Source of the DNA: an uncultured Gemmatimonadaceae bacterium
GTDB lineage: Bacteria; Gemmatimonadota; Gemmatimonadetes; Gemmatimonadales; Gemmatimonadaceae
Assembly: GCA_963817955.1 (NCBI GenBank)
Contig: CAWFQK010000002.1
Span: forward strand, 32,001 to 96,000
Reading direction: 5' to 3'
Length of the DNA stretch: 64,000 nt
Below the pieces are notes generated by a model. The model was not told the origin of the DNA. It did not search any database and saw nothing but the letters and a program-made list of their open reading frames with translations. A program made the translations under genes and the position numbers. Shown here one piece after another: positions 50,934 through 59,640 of this stretch (the stretch's first letter is position 1; every line of letters begins with the position of its first letter).

Positions 50934-51924
50934 ATGATCCGGATCCGCCACGGTAGCGTGCTCCTGGCGCTGGTCGTCGCCACGTCGTGCGGAACGCCAC
51001 TGTCGATGTTTTCGACAGCGAGCGAGTCTGCGGAGCGCATCTCGAGGCTCGCATGGTTCATGATTGTCCTGTCCGCAGTGATCTTCGTCGCCGTGGTGGC
51101 GATCATGGCCGCGGCGGCGATCCGCAATCGGGCGCGCAATCCAGCGGACGTTGATCTCACCGATCCGGGCGCTGGGTGGATCGTTTGGGGCGGCGCGGTG
51201 CTGCCGGGCATCGTGTTGCTGGCAACCTTCACCGTCGCGATGGCGGCGATGGGCCGCTTTCCTGCGTCGCGGCCCGTTGTGACGATTCACGTCACGGCAC
51301 ACCAGTGGTGGTGGCAAGCGGATTATGAGTTCCCGCAAGTGTCCCAGCAGTTCCACACGGCGAACGAATTTCACATTCCGGTTGGGCGCCCGGTGCGCTT
51401 CATCCTCACCAGCGCCGACGTCATCCACAGCTTCTGGGTGCCACAACTGCAAGGCAAGCTCGACGTGATCCCGGGCGACACAAATGATCTTCGGCTCATT
51501 GCCAGGCGCGCGGGACGATACGCCGGCGCGTGCGCCGAGTACTGTGGAGCGCAACACGCACACATGGGGTTCACGGTGGTCGCCGAAGACAGCGCATCGT
51601 TCGCACGTTGGGCCGCCGGGCAGCTCGCCAATGGAGCGCAACCGAAGGATTCACTCACAGCCGAAGGGCAGAGGCTGTTCGTTACTGGTCCGTGCGCATC
51701 GTGTCACACGGTTCGCGGGACACCAGCGTTCGGACAAGTCGGGCCGGACCTCACACACGTCGGCGGTCGTCTCACGATCGCCGCGGGCACGCTGCCGAAC
51801 ACGCTCGGGAATATCGAAGGCTGGATCGCCAATCCCCAATCGCTCAAGCCGGAAACCAAGATGCCAACGTTGAACGTGTACACCGGAGCGCAACTTCGCG
51901 CCCTGGCCAGCTACATATCGAGCC

Positions 51925-51932
<8 letters not shown>
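50934..51932 (+). CDS. ctaC: Cytochrome c oxidase subunit II with C-terminal cytochrome c (caa3 type)
   Basis: QWWW, DVIHSFWVP, CAEYCGAQHAHM CuA motif, CASCH..KMP. Confidence 0.94.
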
Positions 51933-52827
<895 letters not shown>

Positions 52828-52840
52828 GACGCGGGGGGCG

Positions 52841-52856
52841 TGCAACAGCTGTACCG
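52841..52856 (-). promoter_or_regulatory. Sigma54 -24/-12 promoter
   Basis: CGGTACAGCTGTTGCA = GG-N10-GC with TTGCA. Confidence 0.7.
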
Positions 52857-53023
52857 GGGAGTCGGACGGGCAGATGCGAGATGACAGGCGTCTGAGTTTG
52901 GGCGGCGACGATAGGGCTGCTCTTCCTACACCTACTATCCGATCGGGCGACAGATGGTGCGTGGATTGGAGTCCGTGTGTTGACCGGCGCGATATCGCTG
53001 GCTGCTCCGTAGCGGTCGGCCCA

Positions 53024-53127
53024 CCGGTCGGCGAGTTTCGAGTTGCCAGTTGTGAGTGATGCGTGGTGCGTTTTTTACAACTCACAACTCACGACTCACA
53101 ACTGGACACCCGAACCTCGCCGACCGG
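53024..53127. repeat. Inverted repeat with 34-bp arms
   Basis: 53024-53057 vs 53094-53127, 30 of 34 positions complementary. Confidence 0.9.
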
Positions 53128-53173
53128 CGATAGTGGCCTGCGAGCCAAGCGCCCTGGTGCACATGACCCGTAT

Positions 53174-53233
53174 ACTCACAACGCACAACTCACAACTCAC
53201 AACTCACAACTCACAACTCACAACTGACAACTG
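53174..53233 (+). repeat. Heptamer tandem repeat (ACAACTC) x ~8
   Basis: Read directly; further units at 53077-53105. Confidence 0.95.
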
Positions 53234-53245
53234 ACCACCCGCGAT

Positions 53246-53296
53246 GCCTGTCATCCTGAGCGAAGGCCTGTCATCCTGAGCGAAGCGAAGGATCTC
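53246..53296 (+). repeat. REP-like element with exact 20-bp tandem duplication
   Basis: GCCTGTCATCCTGAGCGAAG x2 then CGAAGGATCT; resembles TGTCATCCTGAGCGAAGCGAAGGATC REP-type repeats. Confidence 0.75.
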
Positions 53297-53451
53297 CATG
53301 TCGTCTGCGCGATGCGCGTACGACGTGCACGTGAACGCACCAATATGTCTCCTGACGCGGGAGAGTCTCCCGCCAGCGGATGCAACACGCCTGTCCGGAT
53401 TGTCATGCGTGCTCGATGCCGAGCGGCGTTGCGCTGGCACCGTAAGTCCAG

Positions 53452-53973
53452 TCAGGGACGGATGTCGACAACGGGCGTGCCGGCGTGGGTTCGGGCGTAC
53501 TCGAGGATCAGTCGGTCGGTCGTGACGAGTGGCACGCCGTCGAGCTGCGCCATCGCCATCAGCATGCGATCGGCCGGATCATTGTGCGCCGTGCCGGCGA
53601 GCCGCGTGCTTTGGAGGAGGACCGGTCGCGTGAGCGGGCGAAAGCGAATGCCCGGAGCTTGCTCGGCACGTTGAAGCCACACGGCGACATCCACGGCGAA
53701 GGTGAGCTTCCCCTTCGCCGCTTTGACGGCGACCTCCCAATACGAGATGTCGCACACGAAGAGCCGCGAATGCGCCCCGCTTCGGTCGAGGAGCGCCGTG
53801 ACCCCCGGTGCGAAGTGCGCGGCGTCCCCCGTGACGTGCCAGATCCAGACGTGCGTATCGAGGAGAAGCGGGCCGTCATACGTGGCAAGGTCCGTCGGTG
53901 TCCAGACGCGCGCCCCTGGGTCGGCGGTTGGCCCCGAGCGGCCTGCGGCGCCGCGCGTCGGTGGATGCCTCAC
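53452..53973 (-). CDS. vapC: PIN-domain toxin
   Basis: GTG overlapping antitoxin stop; LLLDTHVWIW, SYWE, DPADR, VTTD. Confidence 0.9.
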   Translation of the reverse strand: MRHPPTRGAAGRSGPTADPGARVWTPTDLATYDGPLLLDTHVWIWHVTGDAAHFAPGVTALLDRSGAHSRLFVCDISYWEVAVKAAKGKLTFAVDVAVWLQRAEQAPGIRFRPLTRPVLLQSTRLAGTAHNDPADRMLMAMAQLDGVPLVTTDRLILEYARTHAGTPVVDIRP

Positions 53974-54260
53974 CCGAGGTCGCCCCATGCCTCGAAGTCG
54001 GGCTCGACGATGTCCTCGTGCGCGAGCAGCGTGCCGCGCATGAAACCGAACGCACTCGGCGCCCGGGTGTCCGGCGGCACCACCTTCGCCACAATCTCGC
54101 CACGCTTCGTCACTACGACCTCGATCTCCTGGTCGTGGACTTGATCGAGGAGCTGCAGACAGGTGTCCTTGAAGACGCCGGCCTTCACCTCGATCACGTC
54201 GTGGGCGTCGAGACCGGTCGAAGCCGCTGGCGATGGCAGTTTCTTGTGCGATACGGCCAT
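53970..54260 (-). CDS. Phd/YefM family antitoxin
   Basis: GGAGGAGG RBS; AGVFK..CL.LLDQV, VVTKRGEIVAKVVP. Confidence 0.9.
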   Translation of the reverse strand: MAVSHKKLPSPAASTGLDAHDVIEVKAGVFKDTCLQLLDQVHDQEIEVVVTKRGEIVAKVVPPDTRAPSAFGFMRGTLLAHEDIVEPDFEAWGDLG

Positions 54261-54284
54261 GTGTGTCCTCCTCCAGTGACGATC

Positions 54285-54324
54285 GGCCACGTTGTTGTGG
54301 CCATAGCCATGATACCACGGCCAT
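54285..54324. promoter_or_regulatory. Candidate TA operator
   Basis: GGCCAC-N6-GTGGCC palindrome plus repeated RGCCAT hexamers. Confidence 0.45.
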
Positions 54325-54453
54325 ATGCGGGGATCAAGGACAACCTTAGGGGGATGACCGGCTCAGGAGAGGTTCTATAGTCGGCTCTGGCGACTTCATG
54401 CGTATCGCTTCGTTTAACCCCGTTCGTAGCCGCATCTGAGAGAGCCGCTCAAC

Positions 54454-56967
54454 TCATCGAGCCGGCGAGCGACGAGTGCGCCCGGTCGGCTCCGTCGTCT
54501 GCGCTTTCGGCCGATCCTTCGCATCCACTCGCAACGGAACGCCCCTCGAGTCCCCAGTCATTGCCGGTGCGAAAACCTGGCCTTCCAACGTGCGAGCCAG
54601 ATCGTCGAGTCTCGTGGCCGTCGCCACCTGCTTCGCCGTCACAAACACCGCCTCGGCGTCAGCCTGCCTTCCTTTCGCACGCAGCACCTCGGCAAGCTCC
54701 GCGCCCATGAAGACGTAGAGCGATGCGATCCCCACCGACGGCCGATCGACCCATTGCCCTTCGCGCACGATGGAGTGCTGTCCGACGAACACATCGTTCC
54801 ACAACGACTGCGATCGCGAGAGATCGAACCAACCGTCGCCCTCAATCATGAGCGTATCCTTGGCGGCTGCTCCATTGGCCGGCGGCACGAACAGCTTCGC
54901 CGCGAGCCCCTGCGTCAGCACGTTGTCTTCCAACCCCAACGACCGCGGATATCCGCCAGCCGACCGCGCGAAGTAGATGGGACGCGCCGGCCATGAATCC
55001 TGGATCATGCGCAGCACCACCGCGTCGGCGCGCTCCAACACGCCGTGCTCGAGATGCCGCGGGTCTATCGTGGCGCGGATGCCGTGCGCCGAGAACAGCA
55101 CGGGCTGCGGCAACTCGTAGTACGCTGGAATCGCGTCCGCTTCGTCGAGCGACATGTGGATGGGCGGCGTCGTTGGTTTGGCCCACTGTGTATTCCGATA
55201 GATTGCCGGCCCCTTCGCGGCGTCGTACGCGTAGATCGGACGGCGAATCATCTGACGCACGTACCAATCGGTATTGAGCAGCGACGTGCACGCGACGACG
55301 ACGTCCCGCCTGATGCCTTCGACTTCCTGCGCGTACCAGAGCGGAAACGTGTCGTTGTCGCCGACGGTGATCAGCACACCGTACGGCTCGACGGAGTTGA
55401 GCATGTCGGCGGCAACGTCGCGGGTAGCATGGTGCGACGCTCGCGACGCCGCTGCCCAATTGCTCGCCAACGGGACGAACGCCAGCGCCAGCACGGGAGA
55501 TGCCGCAATCCAACTTCGCCCTGACGGCGACGCATGCGTTGCCTTGCTGTCACTCGCACCGATCAATCCGGCGATCGCCTCCCACAGGTACACGAGCCCG
55601 AGCGCCGCCCATACGCCCCAGGCCGAGAAGCTCCAGAGGAAGAAGTAGTCGCGATCGCGCACTTCGTGCAGCGATTGCGACCCCGGGTCCTGCGACCAGC
55701 CCAGCTTGAAGTTCAGATAATAGATCAGCAGGAGCGTCATCGTGAACATGAGCGAACCAAAGTACCAGAAACTGCTCCGGTCGCGCCCGTAGTGCGCTCC
55801 CGCGCCGATGAGGCCGAGCATGAGGAACGACGCCGCCATCAGCGCTTGGGCGAGCGCATGGTCACCGCGCGCATCGCGAATCCACTGCCATTTGAAATAC
55901 ATCCACCACATTCCGATCTGCTCGCCGAACGACGCCTGCCTGTCGGAGAGTTCGGGCTTTCCGTATTGGCCACGGTTGAAGTTGTACATGAAGGCGCGGT
56001 ACGTGTCCTTCGACAGCGTGCACGACAGCTCGAGTTTCGTGCGACACGCCGTGGGCTCGCCCTCGTTCAATGCGGGCGACTGCGCGGCCCGGATGGGTTG
56101 TGTCGCGAATGGCGTGAGTCCCACAACGAGCATGACCGCGCAAACGAGCAACAGTCTCCACCGGAGCAGCGTCGTCGGCCGCCGCACGAGGACCGCGAGC
56201 GCCACGGCCGGCGCGGGAAGCATTCCCGCCATGTGATTCGCGTAGCCCAGTCCGCAGAGATACGCGATCATCACGAGCAGGCGATCCGCGCGAGCATCGT
56301 CCGGTTGCGCCGACCATCGCACCGCCAGCCACGAGATGAGCGCAATGCCAAGCAGCGACACCGTGTACACCTTCTCGTTCACCACGGATTGATTCCAGAC
56401 GGTGAACGCCGTCGCACCGATGATCGCTCCCAACACCGCACCCGCAATGCGCAGCCGACGCGACTTCAGCCATGCGGCCAGCACATGTTCGGTGACGAGG
56501 AACCACAGGCCTGCCGACGCGGCGCTCGACAGCGCGGCGAGGAGGTTGACCCGCGCTGCCACCGAGCCGGCGAGGGGCAACAGCGAGAACACGTGCCCGA
56601 TGATGACGAAGAACGGGTTGCCCGGCGGATGCGGCAAGCCGAACGCGTACGCCGCGGCGATGTACTCGCTCGTGTCCCACATCGCCGTGGACGGCGCCAT
56701 GGTGAGCCAGTACAGCCCGAACACCGCGAGGGCGACGATCGCCGCTGACCCATAGGACGGTCCATCGCCGCTCGGAACCCGACGCTCGACTGGCCCGGTC
56801 CACCAAATCGCGAGTGGGACGAGCGCGCAGTAGGCGACCGCGAGCAGGAACGCCGACATCGTCGTGCCGCCCGCCACGAGATCGGCGAACCCGGCCGTGA
56901 AGACGAGACCGGTGACGACGAAGAGATAAGTTTTTCTCTCTCTTGGGCGGGACACAAGGATTTTCAT
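54454..56967 (-). CDS. DUF2723 (TMEM260-like) membrane glycosyltransferase
   Basis: WDTSEY..HPPGNP, VRDRDYFF, GDNDTFPLWY. Confidence 0.88.
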   Translation of the reverse strand: MKILVSRPRERKTYLFVVTGLVFTAGFADLVAGGTTMSAFLLAVAYCALVPLAIWWTGPVERRVPSGDGPSYGSAAIVALAVFGLYWLTMAPSTAMWDTSEYIAAAYAFGLPHPPGNPFFVIIGHVFSLLPLAGSVAARVNLLAALSSAASAGLWFLVTEHVLAAWLKSRRLRIAGAVLGAIIGATAFTVWNQSVVNEKVYTVSLLGIALISWLAVRWSAQPDDARADRLLVMIAYLCGLGYANHMAGMLPAPAVALAVLVRRPTTLLRWRLLLVCAVMLVVGLTPFATQPIRAAQSPALNEGEPTACRTKLELSCTLSKDTYRAFMYNFNRGQYGKPELSDRQASFGEQIGMWWMYFKWQWIRDARGDHALAQALMAASFLMLGLIGAGAHYGRDRSSFWYFGSLMFTMTLLLIYYLNFKLGWSQDPGSQSLHEVRDRDYFFLWSFSAWGVWAALGLVYLWEAIAGLIGASDSKATHASPSGRSWIAASPVLALAFVPLASNWAAASRASHHATRDVAADMLNSVEPYGVLITVGDNDTFPLWYAQEVEGIRRDVVVACTSLLNTDWYVRQMIRRPIYAYDAAKGPAIYRNTQWAKPTTPPIHMSLDEADAIPAYYELPQPVLFSAHGIRATIDPRHLEHGVLERADAVVLRMIQDSWPARPIYFARSAGGYPRSLGLEDNVLTQGLAAKLFVPPANGAAAKDTLMIEGDGWFDLSRSQSLWNDVFVGQHSIVREGQWVDRPSVGIASLYVFMGAELAEVLRAKGRQADAEAVFVTAKQVATATRLDDLARTLEGQVFAPAMTGDSRGVPLRVDAKDRPKAQTTEPTGRTRRSPAR

Positions 56968-56987
56968 AAGCGTTTTGGAATTCCGAG

Positions 56988-58259
56988 CTACTGCTCGCGA
57001 ATGATGGTCGAGAGCGCCGGCTGCTCGCCGCGCTCACGGAGCGCGTAGCGCGCCCAGGCGCGCACGCGCGGATTCGGATCGAGCTCGGCGGCCGTACGCG
57101 CCACCGCGACGGAGTCGGCCCGCTGCGCCAAGCCGAGCACCGCGTACGCGCGCGATTCCCACCGCGCGTCGAGCATCAAGCTGGTCAACACGGCGCGCGT
57201 TGGCGCGAGCTGCACCGCGCTCATGGGTCCGGCAACGACGAGAGTGGCAAGTGACGCGGCCGTCACCCAGCCGCGTGCCAACGGCCGCACGTCGTGATGC
57301 GTGTCCAGCACCGCGGCGAGCCGCATCCGCAATCCTGCACGTGCCGCCAGCGCGAGCGCCGCCTCGCGCGAGCGATGTGCTGGTCTCAGCGACGCCGCGG
57401 CAGCCACGAGCAACTCGGCGTAGTCGCTCCGCCGCACGCCGGCGCCGATGACGCGATCGTCGCATGCGATCTCGCAGTCCGCCCGGAGCTGGCGCACGAT
57501 CCACCACACGCCGGGGTGAAAGCAAAAGAGCGCGCACACCCCGCGGCCAGCGAGGTTGAACACCCAGTCCGCCGTGCGCACGTGCGACAGCTCATGCATC
57601 AACACCATTCGACGTTCCGACTCGCTCCACCGGTTTGCGCTTGCTGGCAGCACGACGACCGGGCGAAGGAATCCCCACGTCATCGGCATGACCGCAGCGG
57701 GATCGACGAACAGCTCGACGCGGCGGGACATGTCGAGCGTCGCCTGCACGTCACGGATCAGGCTCGCCCACGCGTGGCCGTTTGCGCGCGTGGCTCGGCG
57801 CAGCCGCCGACGCGCCCGTACGGACGCGACCATTGTAGGGACGAGCACTGCGACCACGCCGGCGAGATACACGAACAGGAGAATGCGCACGATACCGCTG
57901 CCATCAGCCGCCGAGCCGAACGTTGGCGCCGACGCAACTTGAAGCCGCCCCAGTTCGACGAGCGGCGCGGCGAGCGCGGGCGGAACGACCCACGCCATCC
58001 AATGCATGCTGATCCCGAGCGAACCAAACGGGAGACAGAGCGGAAGCAGCCGTCCAAGGAACACGAGCAACAGCGCCACGATCGCCGACCGCCACACCAG
58101 AGACCGCGCCTCGGCGCTCGCGTGTCGGAGCAGCAACGCCGCGATGCCGGCGGCAACGAGCGGCACGGTCACGAGCAGCGCCACCGTGTACACGGCTGCC
58201 ACCGTGTACGCGCTGTTTGCCTGGGTCGTGAGTAACGCCGCCGTCGAGCCGCTCACCAT
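56988..58259 (-). CDS. BlaR1-like M56 metallopeptidase with short HEAT-like C-terminus
   Basis: PMTWGFLRP, HELSH, FHP, EIACD, DPNPRVRAWA. Confidence 0.9.
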   Translation of the reverse strand: MVSGSTAALLTTQANSAYTVAAVYTVALLVTVPLVAAGIAALLLRHASAEARSLVWRSAIVALLLVFLGRLLPLCLPFGSLGISMHWMAWVVPPALAAPLVELGRLQVASAPTFGSAADGSGIVRILLFVYLAGVVAVLVPTMVASVRARRRLRRATRANGHAWASLIRDVQATLDMSRRVELFVDPAAVMPMTWGFLRPVVVLPASANRWSESERRMVLMHELSHVRTADWVFNLAGRGVCALFCFHPGVWWIVRQLRADCEIACDDRVIGAGVRRSDYAELLVAAAASLRPAHRSREAALALAARAGLRMRLAAVLDTHHDVRPLARGWVTAASLATLVVAGPMSAVQLAPTRAVLTSLMLDARWESRAYAVLGLAQRADSVAVARTAAELDPNPRVRAWARYALRERGEQPALSTIIREQ

Positions 58260-58264
58260 TATCC

Positions 58265-58660
58265 CTATTGATCCTCAGCCCGGAGGCGCTTCACGGCCAT
58301 CGTTATCTGCTTGCGCTCTTCCGGCGACAGCGGCCGGTCAGATTCTTCGAGCAGCGCGGCGACGGCCGCGGTGCGCGACCCATCGAAGAACGTACCAATG
58401 AGGTGGCGAACCGCCGACCGCTGCGCCACGCTGCGTGGCGTGGTCGGATGATACACGTGCCGCGGCCCTTCCTTCTTGTGGCGCAGCTGTCCCTTGTCTT
58501 CGAGAATCCGCAGCAGCGTACGCACGGCGGCTAGCACGACCGGCGGGTCCGGGAGTTGCTCGTGGATTTCGGCCGCTGTGGCATGACCATGGCGATAGAC
58601 GACATCCATGATCTGACTTTCGCGGCGGCTGAGGTGGTTCGGGGTGGATGGCTTGGGCAT
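58265..58660 (-). CDS. BlaI/MecI/CopY family repressor
   Basis: LSRRESQIMD, VRTLLRILEDKG, FFDGS. Confidence 0.92.
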   Translation of the reverse strand: MPKPSTPNHLSRRESQIMDVVYRHGHATAAEIHEQLPDPPVVLAAVRTLLRILEDKGQLRHKKEGPRHVYHPTTPRSVAQRSAVRHLIGTFFDGSRTAAVAALLEESDRPLSPEERKQITMAVKRLRAEDQ

Positions 58661-58662
58661 GC

Positions 58663-58715
58663 GATAAAAAGTTGTCACCTGGAGACAATATTTTGTCAGA
58701 ACAGCGGAAAGTCAA
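58663..58715 (-). promoter_or_regulatory. Sigma70-like promoter with two candidate repressor operators
   Basis: TTGACT-17-AATATT on minus; GAYAA-N4-TTGTC at 58663 and 58684. Confidence 0.6.
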
Positions 58716-58798
58716 TGGACATCTGAGGGCTATCGGTCAGAACCATTGAGGGTGAGGCAGGACGGGGCACGAGTTCTGAACAGAAAGGCCCTGGGCAA

Positions 58799-59620
58799 TC
58801 AACGATGTCTTCTCACTCCGGCCCCCGCTTTCCGCTCGTCGAGCTCGCGGTGAAGGTTGCGCACTTCCACTGATGAGTCGCCCGCACGTAATCGAAGGCG
58901 CGACGCGATGCGGGGGTTCGTCTGCACCATGTCACCCGTACCCGACAGCGCAAACACACTCGCGGCCCGAACCGACGGGCTGTCGTCGACCATCGCAGAC
59001 TCGATGAACGGCACCAGATCCTCGGGATCGGATGTTCGCATCAGCGACTCGAGCGCCTCGATTCGCATCGTCTCGGCACCACGCCGAAACGCGCCGACGA
59101 GCACATGACGTACTGCCGTTGTCGTGTCGGCGAGTTGCCCCAGCGCAACGACCGCCGCGATGGCACTTGAATCATCGCGTTGCGCCACTGCGATCAAGGG
59201 TTGCTCCACCAACGCAAGCGCTGCGTGCGGAGCAGAACCAAGTGCCCGCGCCGCGAGCGCGCGTGTCGCCGCATCTGGACCACTTACCAGCGCAGCGATG
59301 ACGTCATCAAGACACTTTCCGCCGCGGACAACTCGGACGAGCGCAGGTAGAGCGCTCGCCCGGACTGCGGTATCTCGCATGCGCCGCGAGAGTGCCGCGC
59401 ACGGCACGGGCTGCGGCCAGTCGGACGTTCCCAGGCTGTATCGATCGAGCGCAGCGACGCGCCGCTCGACGTCGGCCGCGTCGAGATCTTCCGTCCACTG
59501 TGGCACATCGCTGAGCTCGTGATCCACCTCAGCCGCAAGCGCGCACACGATCGTAACGCCGAGTCCGGCGAAGAGCAGCCGCATCGCGATCGGCACGCGC
59601 GCGCACCCGCGCGGACGCAT
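58799..59620 (-). CDS. Membrane-anchored or secreted HEAT-repeat protein
   Basis: N-terminal hydrophobic segment; RALAARALG, DDSPSVRAASVFAL, DSSVEVR. Confidence 0.7.
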   Translation of the reverse strand: MRPRGCARVPIAMRLLFAGLGVTIVCALAAEVDHELSDVPQWTEDLDAADVERRVAALDRYSLGTSDWPQPVPCAALSRRMRDTAVRASALPALVRVVRGGKCLDDVIAALVSGPDAATRALAARALGSAPHAALALVEQPLIAVAQRDDSSAIAAVVALGQLADTTTAVRHVLVGAFRRGAETMRIEALESLMRTSDPEDLVPFIESAMVDDSPSVRAASVFALSGTGDMVQTNPRIASRLRLRAGDSSVEVRNLHRELDERKAGAGVRRHR

Positions 59621-59640
59621 TGGCGTGCCTTCCCGACCTC

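Noticed and set aside
52828..53085. Long N-terminal extension of YihY in the ORF track
   Set aside because: Reads through repeats and the promoter; the family domain begins near 52803
53077..53296. CRISPR array
   Set aside because: Contiguous heptamers and a 20-bp tandem duplication with no spacers; no cas genes
53974..54324. 290-aa VapC in the ORF track
   Set aside because: Overlaps the antitoxin out of frame; GTG 53973 fits GTGA coupling
54362..54450. Possible structured RNA (CGGCTCT..AGAGCCG, ATGCG..CGCAT)
   Set aside because: No recognisable family or U-tract; too weak to call
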